Notes under the pieces: model-generated
Told to the model about the DNA's origin: nothing
The model's database searches: none
What the model saw: the letters and a program-made list of their open reading frames with translations, nothing else
Position numbers and translations under genes: made by a program
From: Blepharisma stoltei ATCC 30299
Taxonomy: Eukaryota; Protista; Ciliophora
DNA: 64,000 nt
Assembly (NCBI GenBank): GCA_965603825.1
Contig: CBFDEM010000047.1
Span: 783,310 to 847,309, forward strand
Direction of reading: 5' to 3'
In this document: piece after piece, positions 12,415 to 24,234 of the stretch
How positions within the stretch are numbered: position 1 is the first letter of the stretch
Layout: each line of letters begins with the position of its first letter

Positions 12415-15096
12415 TTAATGATCAATATCATAAGTATTAGTAATTGGGCTCAATACAGGGCTAGAAGAATCAGAAAACATCCTTGATGTCGTAACCATAT
12501 CATATACACTTTTTCCTCTTGATTTATAGCCTCTTGGAGGTGTTGTATCTTGATTGGGATATCTCTGTGAAGGGATAGGGTCAAAATCCAATCCAATGAA
12601 TTTTCTAAAAGTTGTACACTCCTTGATTATTGGCATATTTGAGAGCTCTGTAAGGTAAATTTGGAACCCTTTTTTCCTTTCTTCTAAAATCGTAGGTTTT
12701 CTGCTAGTTATTGATGAAGAATTTTGAGAAAAAACAGCCCCGAACTCTGGCAAGTTTAAATGAGGGAACTGCTGCTGCAAACTGCTGTGGAGGTTGCAGA
12801 ACATTTTGTATTTTCTTGATACGTTCCAGCTTTTAGCTTTATTAGAGAAAGAAATTACATATTCTGTGTATGGCTTGCCGCCTTCGTCACGAATTGTGGT
12901 CTGTGGGACTTCAATCATTAATTTTCCATCAATAGAAGCAGGCCCATCTCTAAGGCAAGCTATCACATGAGCACTAAATACGTTAGAATTCAGATATTTC
13001 CCACATATTTTGCACTGCAATGCAGAACAGTTTTTTATCAATTTTTTGCATTTTTTCAGCCTCTCTACCTTTTCTTCAAGCTGCTGGCATCTTAGTTCTA
13101 GTTTTTCAAATGCAAAAGACAGGTATTTATTAGTCTCATAAATAATTTTTGGCTCATTGTTTTCGGTTTTTTCTGATCTATCGGTTTTCTCACTTTGGGC
13201 GTTTCTTAGTTTATTTCTAAGTTCTTTTGCTTCGCTTTCAGCTTCGTTTCTCCTTCTTTTATACTCAATTTCTTCATTTTTTATAAATTCCAGCTCTTGC
13301 CTAAGCAAAGCATTGTCTCTCTGAAGATCCGCAATCTGTTTTTGGCTAGAATTTTGCAAAGAATTAAGCTTCTCAGAGGCGTCTTGGTATTTAGACTTTA
13401 AGTCTTCTATCTTTTCACTAGTATTTTCCTTTAAATACTGTATTCTTTCTTCATAGCTTTCTTCAATTCTTTTCTTTTCTCTAATTAAATCTTCCATTCT
13501 TGCAGCACTTGTGGCTTGTGAAGCTTTGAGCGTGCATAATTCTCTTTCGTATTCTTCAAGTCTTCTTTTCAGCTGGTCTTTTTCAGCTTCAAATTCAGCT
13601 TTTCTACGATTAACCTGGTCTTGTGAAAATTCAAGCTGCTGGTAAAGTCTTCGGCATTCGTTTTGGATTTCGGTTAGAGAAGATGCTAAAATATAGTCAG
13701 CTGACTCTGTATAAAGCTGAATTAGATACTCAAGCAACTTTATTTCCATTGATTTTGTGATTGAGTCTGCTCTGAATGTTTTTGAGAAACTTTCTATAGT
13801 AGTTTTTAAGACTGCGAAATTGGTGATTTCTTTGTTTTTTAGCTGGTTTTGGAGAGTTACACCCCAAGCTTCAAGTTCTTTTTGGGCTCTTTCTTGAGAG
13901 AGTCTTTCGTTTTTTTCTTTATAAACTAGAGCTCGCTCTTTAAGCTTCAACTTTAGCTGCTGTTTAAAATTTGTGACTGAGTCTCCAAGAGCTTTTTCTT
14001 TAAATTTTTTTACAAGTTTGTTTCCAATTTCAGCTTGCAGCTGATAAATTTCTTCTTCTTTTAAAGGAAGCCTCTTAGAAATTTCTCTCATTTCTTGTTC
14101 AAACTCTCTCATACAGTCATCTACCCCTTTTTGGCACTCAGCTTGGCAGACTGATGTCCAAGCTCCTTCAATATTTGGGACCCCACCTTTATTAATTGCT
14201 TCAGTATAAGCTATAGCCAGTTGTCCAAGCATTTCTCCAGTCAACATTTGTCCGTTTAACGTCTTAGGTTTTACTTTTGTAAAAATTTTTTTCTTTAACT
14301 CCTCAGCTTGTGACAAAAATTCAGGCCTAAAAACTTCTTCTGGGGCATTATCAAGCTTCTGCAGTACATCTTCTCTTTCCGTTGGCCTCACAAGTGAAAA
14401 GCAGTCCCTGTCTTTAAAAAAAGTGCTCAAAAGCCTCCTTATCCTATTTTTCGCTTCAATATTATCACTAACCCCTTTTTGAAGAACTAAGGCATTTTCT
14501 AAATATTTTCTTGCAGAAATTGGATTCCCTTCTCCATCAACTAGCCTTAGGGCGAAATCTCTTAAAACCCACAAAAATGAAGGAAAATAGTTAGCGATTT
14601 CGTCAGGATTTGTAGGACCTTGGCTAGACCTGATTTGAAGCTGTTTGCTTAAATTGACGATTAAAGACAAGTTTTGTAAAGCGTTTTCATCAATAGTGCC
14701 AACACTGTTGTACACGAAATATGAGCTGAGTAGTAAAGCAAGTAAAAAGATTCTGGTATCATGATTTGCATCTTCGTCAAAAGCTCCTAGTCCTTCGCTG
14801 TCAATTACCAGAACTTTCATTCTTTCCCCTTCGCTGTTTTCTATTTCGACTGGCTCACTTCATACCCACAGACCTTTTGTACAAGCATTAATGGTAGGGC
14901 CAACACCAAAGCCTTGACCGTCTCGATTGTCTAGAATTACACGATTCAGCAAAAATGATTTCCCAGTGCGGTATTTTCCGACGACTGCGATAACCCCTAC
15001 TTTGCCTTCAAGATTTCTTAAAAATTCAAGACTTTCTGGGGTTACTCTGAACCCTTCACGCTCATAAATGATAAGCGGGATTGCTTTTGAATTCAT
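12415..15096 (-). CDS. Guanylate-binding protein (GBP/atlastin-type GTPase) with coiled coil, Zn-finger-like motif and PX domain
   Basis: GKYRTGKS P-loop, CTKGLWV-W(TGA 14860), DSEG, WVLRDF, a long coiled coil, CKICGK..H...C and a PX-like RKYKMFCNLHSSL..FP..LP...LEERKKGFQIYL segment. Confidence 0.9.
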
Positions 15097-15198
15097 AATT
15101 TGATTTAATATGAAAAATTAATTTTCGAAATTTTTATTTTGGGTAACTTCTATTGATAAATCTTAAAAATTAGAATTGTGAGTATCTTGATTTTATTA

Positions 15199-15426
15199 TT
15201 AATTTAAATTTTTTTTGCTTCAATTAATATTTTCTCAAAGCTTAGTCACGAGAGCTTCTCTTTGTTCTCTTGCTTTTTTCACCTTATTTTTAAGGAATTC
15301 TAGGTCTATTTCTTTTGGGCGAAGTAGCCAATCTACTGTGAGGCCGATTGAAAAAAAAATTAATGTATATACGAAGAACCAAGCAATTGTACTTGGAGAT
15401 ATAGCAAATTTGAGGATAGAGTCCAT
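15199..15426 (-). CDS. Small single-TM hypothetical protein
   Basis: ATG 15426, one hydrophobic helix, charged tail. TGA read-through to TAA at 15199. Confidence 0.4.
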
Positions 15427-15641
15427 TATATATTATTGCATTTCTTTCCTTCCATTTATAATATAATTTTCAGATCAGACTTATTAAAAGAATATTTTGA
15501 GTAATTATAATGAGGAATCTGCTTAGTAAGGCTATAATTTTTATTCTGATTACAACTATGACGAGGCAGAGACAATAATATTATGCTCACCCTAAGATAT
15601 AAGTATAATATACAAAAGATTTTGACCTTATTAAATAATTA

Positions 15642-16607
15642 CTATGCAAACCTAACTCGAGCCAGGACATTTTTGCATTTTCTACACGTATGCACGACCT
15701 CCTGATACTTGCTCAACGAATTCGCCTCTCTGCAACACCTAATTGCATTGAAAAAGAACCTAACTGAATCAATAAATCCCAAATTCTGCACCTGGAAATT
15801 TATAATTGAATAAGTATCTTCATTACAAGTAGGGCAATACAATAGATTAGGGAACGCCAAGGTCGATTTCCTCACACTGGCATGAATACTCCTATCAGTT
15901 TGCAGCCTTTTTGGCTTAATTTCAACTACCTCAAACTCTTCTTCAGGCTCAGGCTTATTCTTAGCATTTTTTCTTGCAGTCAATTTTGAGCTATTATTTG
16001 ATAAATACGACGTTATCATTGCGCTGGAGTCTGAGCTTAAATTTGTATAAATTGTGGACGCCCTGACACCTTTAATTTCTTCTTTTGTAGGAATAATTAA
16101 AGAATTTTTGGCTGTCGGAGTCGAAAATTCAGCTTGGACCTTAGAAGTGGGGTAGTTTAAAATGGTTTCTTTATTGGCTTCGTCTTCTTCGTCTGTCAGA
16201 CTATAATCAATTGAGCCTTCTTCGAAATCTTGGCTATCAGGAGTCATACTGTCTCTTTCCAAATTAAGCTCATTAAGAATCCCATTATAGTTTTGAGCCC
16301 CGCTTTTTACTAAGACACTTGGGGCGTGCATATGGTGTCCTGGAAAGATTTCTGAGACTTCTTTGGAATATTTTCAAGATTCATGGAGATCAGAAGAGAT
16401 TTTAGAAGCCTGCAGTGACGATATATATGAGTGCCTTTTAGAAAGTGAATTAGGGAATATATCTAATGATATATCTGATTGCTCAAAATTTAAGGCTTTT
16501 GTGAGAAACGAAATAGGCTGTAAATTTGGGTCTGATGAGTCGCTTTGTCCTTCTTCGTATAAAAACGACAGGGAATGCACTTCTCCTTCTCTCATTTCAA
16601 ATGACAT
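15642..16607 (-). CDS. LITAF-like zinc-ribbon domain protein
   Basis: C-terminal CPTC...hydrophobic stretch...CC...HTCRKC. ORFs 16374..16607 and 15642..16331 join in frame across TGA 16374. Confidence 0.75.
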
Positions 16608-16716
16608 TTATCGGCGGCTCTTTATGAATTTTTTGAGTAAAGTGAGTGCCATGCAAAAAATGATTATAAATTAAATATTAAAAATTTTTGGTTAAAAGGA
16701 CAGAAAAATTAGTTAT

Positions 16717-18849
16717 TTATAAATATTTGATGATTGTATTTACAATTTTTTCAGGCGCACATGGTTTTGTTAAATAGCACTGCATTCCGCATACAAGAGA
16801 GTATTTTGCATCTTCCTCGTCGCTATATGCAGAGTAGCCTATAATGCAGGGAAGGCTCTTAATTTTTTTTTCTTTATAAAGCCATTCTATCGTTTTTGTA
16901 GCCTCCCAGCCATTCATTTCAGGCATTTCGCAGTCCATCACAATCACTTTAAAAGGCTGGCATTTCGCGTCTTGTAGAATTACTTTATCAATCGCAATTC
17001 TCCCATTAAGAGCTTCTTCATATCCAATTCCATATTTCCTGAGAATCGATCCAAGTATTTCTAGATTAAATTCCATATCATCAACAATAAGCACGTCTTT
17101 AAATGAGTCAAAATATGATAATTCAGGTATTAAATTTTCAAAATTATCATTACCTACATCATTTTTTAAAGACTCTAAAGCTTCAGTTTCTAGTATTTCT
17201 TGAGAAATGTCTATTTTAAAATAAAACATTGACCCTTTGTCAAGAACTGATTTAACTTTGATTCCTTTGCCTCCTAATTGTTTTACTAGTAGGTTGGCAA
17301 TTCCTAAGCCTAAGCCATATCCTTGCTCATGGATATCTGGAATATAGCTTGAGTTATGTCGGGAAAATAACAGCTTTATAGAGCCTTCTTCAACGCCTAC
17401 ACCTGTATCTTCGATATAACATTTTAATTTATATTTATTGCAGCACGCACAACAAATTTCTATTTTTCCTTTCACCGTGTATTTTAAAGCATTTATTAAT
17501 AAATTGATAATTATCTGTTTGAATCTTAATGGATCTGTATAGATGCCTGCTGATAACAAAGGGTCAATTCTAGATATAACTGATATTCCTTTTTTTGTTG
17601 CTTGCAGTCTGATTAAGCTTACTGAATTTTCTACGATATCTTTTATTGAGCAAAACGATTTGTGGATTGAAAAGATTCCAGCTAAAATTTTCGAATAATC
17701 CAATAAATCATTTACAAGTAAAAGCATCATTTGAGCTGAAATCGAAACAATTTTTAATTTTTCTATTTCTTCAGAACATAAATGAGTTATATTTCCCAGC
17801 AAATCTTCAGTAAAATATATAATTGAGTTCAGAGGAGTCTTTAGTTCATGCGAAACTGTTCTAAGTAAAAGAGTTTTCATTTTATCATTTGCAATACTTG
17901 CTTCTAAATTCACTATTTGATTAATATCTCTTATCAGCAGAAATACAGATGGCGCATTTTCTCATTCAATTATTTTCGCTTTTCATTCCAAGTGAGTATT
18001 TCCAATTAATGTAACTCCTAGAGTTGTATCCACATGGTCATGATTTTCAAGCAAAAAGCAGATGTCTTCTATTAATTTGTTGGAATTATTAAATCTTGAA
18101 ACTTTTTTACCTTTTAAATATTCAATATTATATAATGCAGAACTCAGACGTTCTCCAGATGTTTGAAGCAGCTCAAGAGTGCATTGGTTATAAAATTTAA
18201 TTTCATAATGATGAGAAATAATCATAATTCCATCACTAAATGCGTCAGTTATAGCATGAAGCCTGTTTTTGGAATTTTCTAATTCTTTTTGATAGGAGTA
18301 GCGGGTATAGGAGGCATTGGAAACTTGGTGATAGCCCATATTACAAAATGCAAAAACCAATATAACGGCATTATATGAAGAAGCAATTTCTTTAGAAGTT
18401 GTGTTACCAAAAATCATGCCATGAATATGCCATAAATATAAGTGCTTGAAAACCAGCAGATTCAGTATCCATTTGTTTTTAACTATCGGGAGTTCAAAAA
18501 CCACTGTCACCAAAAATGCGATCAATTCAAGAATCCCTAAGTTTGCTTGGTCAACGGTCCATGAGTTATATAATAGGAAAGCATTGCAATACTCAGTTGT
18601 AAATATCAGAATCCCTACTCTTCATGATAATGATCTACGGCCAAATCGTTTCATTGTAAATGTTATCACAGTATGAAGCAAAGTTTGAGGGAATAAAACT
18701 TGAAATAGAAACTCAGAGGGATAGAAATAAGTCTTGAAAGCATTTATTATAAAAGTAATTGCCAATACGAAGTTTGAGAATTGTAAAAACTGCTTATATA
18801 CACTTTCAACCCTTTCTTCCCATCATAAAAATTGTAAGTCCTTATTCAT
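16717..18849 (-). CDS. Membrane-bound hybrid histidine kinase (TM sensor, PAS-like, HisKA, HATPase, receiver)
   Basis: H-box VSHELKTPL, N-box NLLINALKYT, G1 DTGVG, G2 GYGLGL, receiver VDD...MDCEMP...KP. Single frame from ATG 18849 with several TGA=Trp codons. Confidence 0.9.
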
Positions 18850-19555
18850 TTTATAACAAAAATAAGGTTGGAATTATTAAATCATATTTAGTGTTAATTT
18901 GATTGTGCTGAGTTGGCAGATTTCCATCTTTAGATAATAATTTTAAAAGGAATTAATTTAATTATAAATATTCATCAGGAAGCTTATTTTGGCTGAGTTT
19001 TTAAAAAATATCAAATTTTCTTAATATATTTTAAAATAACATTTATAATAAAATATTATCCGAGGTTAATTTTCCATAGATGTCTTTAAAAATTTGATTA
19101 TTAATCATAATTTGTAATTGGCTTAAATTTTGATATTTTATTTTTTTATTTTATTAATCCTCTTTTCAAGTTCTCAAGCAATATTTGCAGCTTTTCTAAA
19201 TATCTTTTGTGAAGTCGATTTCTTATGAGTGCTTTATTTAAAACAAATCGTATTTCTGTTTCTATATCTATGTTGTATTTTTATAATAATGAAGTTTAAT
19301 CAGGAAACTTTATGACACTAATAAAAAGCAATTTAATTCGCTTTTCTACTAATCCTGCAAAAATATCTATAATATAAAATAATTTGAAATAAGAAAACAG
19401 ACTTTGCTGATTTTAATTTCATTTGAGAACTGCGTCAATATTTGAGGAATAGATCTATAAGTTCTTTGATAATAACGTAAAATTGTTGATCTAATATTTA
19501 ATATAAATAATATTAGACTAAAATTTAAATCTTAGTTAACATAGACCAATTAAAT

Positions 19556-19948
19556 ATGAAAATTGCAATTCTGATACTGATTTACTTAAATATAATTTGA
19601 AGCGTAATTGGGGAGTCAGAGTTCATTATATCTCAAGTCAAAAACACAGATGGACACACCCACGGAGAATCCACACAATTAGCAAATATTGATAATACCG
19701 AAGAAAATAGCAAAAATGATAAAATACTTTATACATTTATTTTTAGCTTTGTTGGATGCGTTATTTGCTGCGGATTAATCCAAGCTATTTTGATTCTAAG
19801 CAAAAGAATGAATGGTGAATTAAGTTCTTTGAGAAGAAACTATAAGCAGCATCAAGGTCTATTAAAATTTAGGGAATTCCGATATGCATATGAGAAAGAA
19901 AAAATTAGATACGAACAGATTAATAAGGATGCCAGTACACTAAGATAG
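19556..19948 (+). CDS. Small type-I membrane protein (130 aa), hypothetical
   Basis: MKIAILILIYLNII-W(TGA)-SVIG signal peptide, polar ectodomain, TM ILYTFIFSFVGCVICCGLIQAILIL, basic tail, TAG. Missed by the ORF track. Confidence 0.7.
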
Positions 19949-20437
19949 TAAGATTGTTTAAATTAATTTGAGTCTAAATAGTTTTTTATTATGTGCTTGC
20001 AAAAATTCTTTTTAGCTTAGACTAAATTTACATATAGGCTATTATTTATTAATATAATATTCGATGATAAAATCTATCATTAAATGTATTTGTTTTACTC
20101 TAATTTTAGATAAATATATCTTTAATAATATTGTTAATTTATTCTGGCCCTTTATTTTTTTCCAGGTCGCAAATAATCTTTTTGTGTTATGTTTTTAATT
20201 TAATCATATCCCAACTATTTCTATATTTTAATAATATATTGTCAACTTCCCAAGTTGGCTCTTCAACTTGTGTTGCATTCCCTAGCCCAGGGCAATCACT
20301 CTTGGGCTATAATTATAATTGTTTTATTCGGACATAGAAAATCATATTCCTCAGTTGTTGTCATATTTTGGCTTTCTACAATCTTTATCTAGTTATATAT
20401 ATTGACTTTAAAATTTAAATTATGATATATTGCTTAC

Positions 20438-21892
20438 TTATTCAAGCACATCCTTAGAATTTTCAAGCTTCAGCTGAGGATTTTTTATTCCTTGAGAGTG
20501 AGATATTTGCTCTATCATCTGATCTCTTAGTTGTTTTAAGGCTTCTCTTACATCTGGCACTTGTTTTTTAGCAATTTCTTCAAGAACGGTAGCCAGCTCT
20601 TCTAATGCGCAGTCATTTGGATCATTAATCCATGTTCTTATCTGAATCCCATTCATAGGCTGCAACTGGAAATTTTCTGCAACATTATCTATAATAATGA
20701 CTTTTTTTAAATCCCTTCCTAATAGCGTCAAATCCTTTACAAAATGTAAGCCAGCTGGAACTGCATGCTGCCTATACAACCTTGCATTAATATGCTTCTC
20801 TTTATCAATTTCATCCAAAATTCAATCAGCGTATTCAGATATTGATGCCGTGAAAATAATAATTTCATAATAAACTGAAACCCTTCTTAAAAATTCCAAA
20901 GTATGGGGACGGACTGCAAAGTGGCCTTTATCTTCTAGTTCAAAATAATGAATTAAAGTTTCGTCTAAATCAAGAACTAAAGTGAACACTTTTGTAGGAG
21001 GATTTCGCAAGTACGGCGGAGATACTCTTTGGTTTTCAGTATTTAATGCTGGCAGATCAGATGTGTCAATTCCAAAGGCTCGCTCAATCAAAAACCTTGC
21101 TCTAAAAATCGATATTTTTTCAATATTTTGCAATATTTGCATAAATGCTAATTTCAGATTTTTCATGGTTCTGTCCTCAATTCTTCCTATATAAGATCTG
21201 CATATCTGCTTTATAAGCTTTACAGACAGCGAATTATATTTTTTTAGCTCTTTTTCTCCTTTGCCTTTCCCTGATAGCCCAGATTTTAGGGTAATAATTT
21301 CATTAAGCTTCATAGCTCACATATTTGTGGAGTCATCTGAAATTCTAGGCAAAATAAGTTTAATCAAAGCTATAAATCCTTGATGAAGATCAAATAGTAG
21401 GGCCTTTAAAATTGTGCTTTGTTCATTTTGTGTAATCCCTTCATTAATAAAATAATGAGTTAAAGCTATACCCATAGCTTCAAAAATCAATGCTTGCTTT
21501 GTGAGCCTCTTTACTTTTAAGTCACGATATAGAAGGTCTATTTGGTTTAAAGTGTTGTCAGCTGTCAAGTCTCATCATTCTTCGCATGCTCTTACAGCAT
21601 CTGGAGCCATCCTCAAGTTCTCTATGAGGAAATAAAGGTCTTCTTCAAGGATTATCAAGTCTTCTAAATTTATCATAAAAGTTTTAGAATTTTCTTTGTT
21701 TTCTGGGTTTTCTTTTATCAGAAATCTCCGTTTCGGGACTTCTGACTTAGGGTAGCTGGGAGGGTTGGGGACTAATTCTTTCTTTTTTATTTCGCCTTTG
21801 CTGTTTCCTCGCTTAGGGGTTTGATTTCTACTTGAGGATTTTGCTGGTGTCACCGAATTTATCTGTGCAGAGTATATCTTACGAAATGACAT
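20438..21892 (-). CDS. CTD small phosphatase-like (FCP1/NIF, HAD family) protein
   Basis: Catalytic LDLDETL, plus IFTAS, KDLTLLGRDL and IIIDN motifs. Four ORF fragments join across TGA codons at 21575, 21572, 21317 and 20822. Confidence 0.9.
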
Positions 21893-22019
21893 GTAAAATG
21901 GATTTAAATATTTTTCAACTGTCTTTTATAATAAAATAGCAAAAGAAATATTAATTTCTTTTCTTTATATTAATTGATATAAATTTAAATACTAGCTCAA
22001 CATCCCAATTTCTTTTATA

Positions 22020-22679
22020 ATGAAAACAATGGAGGCACATAAGAAGGATTCTTCAGATGAAGATGAAGAAGAGGCTGACCTTTATGAAGAAGGATGGATT
22101 CAATGGGTTTGTTCTCTAGAAGGACATGAATTTTTTTGTGAGGTTGATGAAGATTTTATCAGAGATAATTTCAATCTTTATGGTCTTAGAGAAAAATTCG
22201 CTCAATATGATGAAGCAATCGAAACCATTTTAAGCACTGAAATTCCAACTGAAGATGATTTAGCAAACGAAAGCTATTTAGAGCTATACCAAATGTCTGT
22301 TGATTTGTATGGACTTATTCATGCACGATTTATTGTGACTCCTCGAGGCCTTTCTATTATGAAAGAGAAATTTATTTCAGGAAGATTTGGAACTTGCCCA
22401 AGAGTCATGTGTGAGCGTCAGCATGTCCTGCCTGTTGGTCTTGCAGAAGTCCTTCATACATCAAGAGTTAAGATATTCTGCCCTAAGTGCAAAGATGTGT
22501 TTATTCCTAAGAACAAATACGCTGATATTGATGGTGCTTATTTTGGGTGCTCGTTTCCTCATCTATTTATGCTCACTTATCCAGATTTAAACCCAGTGAA
22601 GCCTACTCCTGAATATATCCCCAAAATATATGGGTTTAAAATTTACAAAAGAAAAGGATCTAAATATCGTAAAGTTTAA
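22020..22679 (+). CDS. CSNK2B: Casein kinase II regulatory beta subunit
   Basis: FFCEVDEDFIRDNFNLYGL, LYGLIHARFI, Zn finger CPRVMC...CPKC, DGAYFG. Confidence 0.96.
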   Translation: MKTMEAHKKDSSDEDEEEADLYEEGWIQWVCSLEGHEFFCEVDEDFIRDNFNLYGLREKFAQYDEAIETILSTEIPTEDDLANESYLELYQMSVDLYGLIHARFIVTPRGLSIMKEKFISGRFGTCPRVMCERQHVLPVGLAEVLHTSRVKIFCPKCKDVFIPKNKYADIDGAYFGCSFPHLFMLTYPDLNPVKPTPEYIPKIYGFKIYKRKGSKYRKV

Positions 22680-22696
22680 TGTAAGTTTATAACATA

Positions 22697-23554
22697 ATGT
22701 CAACTAGAACTTCAGGGAGAGCTAAATCGGCTCAGCCAAATAAAGTATATAACCCTGAAATATATGCGCTATCTAATTTAATACAGCAGGCCTCAAATCA
22801 CTTGGAACAGAATAAGTCTAAAAGCTACGCCTCAAAACTCAGGGACAGACAAGCTTCTAGAAAAAGTACTTCAAGAGATTATGACAGAGGAGGAAAAAGC
22901 CCCGAAAATTACTTAGAAACTCCTAAAAATTGAGTGCCACCTGAACCATTGCAGATGACTCCGAGTGTTGTAGAAAATGGGCATCCTGGTCATCTTCCAT
23001 TGCAATGTAAACAAGACAGTGGGAGTGATAAAAGTATGAAAATGCAGGATAGAATAAGCACCGTAAACCCATCAGATATAAGCTATGAAAAACTTAGTGT
23101 TGATAAAGACAATCTTTTATCTATTGTAAGAGATACAGAACCGAAAGCAGAATTCAGAACCCCGAGCTATCATTATATATCGATCTCTTCAAAAAACTCA
23201 AGCCCTGAAAGAGGAGGATATATTTCATTTAAGCCAAAAGATGTACAATACTTAGTTAATTTAGAAAAAAAGTTAACCGAGCAGAGGATTAAATACAAAA
23301 AACTTGAACAGAAATATAAAGAGCTATTAGCGAAAAATTCAAGATCAGAAGAATTTTATGAAAATGCAATACAAAAGCTCTCATATGAGTTGAATCAGCT
23401 TAAAGGAAAAACTGAAAAAGAGAGTAGAGAATCACCTACTCAAAAAGTTGAGGAAAATCCTATTTTTAAAATTTTATCAGAAATAGAGAGTATTAAAATA
23501 AGGCTTACAAAAATTGAAAATGGTCAAAGAGGAAATAAAGGAAGTTTGTTGTAA
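22697..23554 (+). CDS. Hypothetical coiled-coil protein
   Basis: Two abutting ORFs join at TGA 22931-22933; C-terminal heptad repeats. Confidence 0.65.
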
Positions 23555-23664
23555 TTTTTTAATTAATTAATATAAAATTAATTTTCATTAATTGCCTCCT
23601 GCTTATCATTAGATGCACATTTTATTAATAGTATTCAGGTAAGAAGTTAATTAATCTTCCATAA

Positions 23665-24190
23665 ATCCATGATTGGAATTCATTCACTGGAAAATCTACC
23701 TTATTTCTTTGATATATAGATTAAATATTCAACCAAGACCCTTACTCTAGAACTTATCTAAGTAATAATCGGTCCAAAAATATCAATATTTATAATGAGA
23801 TAGTTAAATTAGAAATATATGAGATGGAAGTGAAGAATTATTCAAATCAGGTATTTATATTCATTATACAGAAGCAGCATCTGAATCTTCGTTTATGATG
23901 TCACAAAAAGAGAAACTTTTGAGAATTTAAATTTTTGGATAAATAAAAATCGGGAAAATGGGCTTGATAATTATTTATCAATTGTCGTAGGAAATAAAGC
24001 TGATTTAGAAAGAGATAGAACAGTTTTATTTGAAGACGGCCAAAATTTTTCAAATGATAATAAGATGATGTATTTAGAAACCTCAGCCAAAACACCATTT
24101 ATATAGACAATTTATTTCATTTTATTATTGCTCTATATTAGGAGGAATCATAAACAGAGAGATGGAATTAAAAAAATGAGTATTGAGGCA
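23665..24190 (+). pseudogene. Degenerate Rab-like GTPase pseudogene
   Basis: Readable IFVYDVTKRETFENLNFW...IVVGNKADLERDRTVLFEDGQNFSNDNKMMYLETSAKT at ~23885-24095. Upstream P-loop remnant (TGKST) has stops and frameshifts. Boundaries approximate. Confidence 0.75.
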
Positions 24191-24234
24191 TCAAAGTAAA
24201 TAATAAAAATGATATAGTTTATACTATTAGCCTG

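Noticed and set aside
16717-18849. Histidine kinase as bacterial contamination or recent HGT
   Set aside because: It uses TGA=Trp and host-like AT content, and hybrid histidine kinases are common in ciliates.
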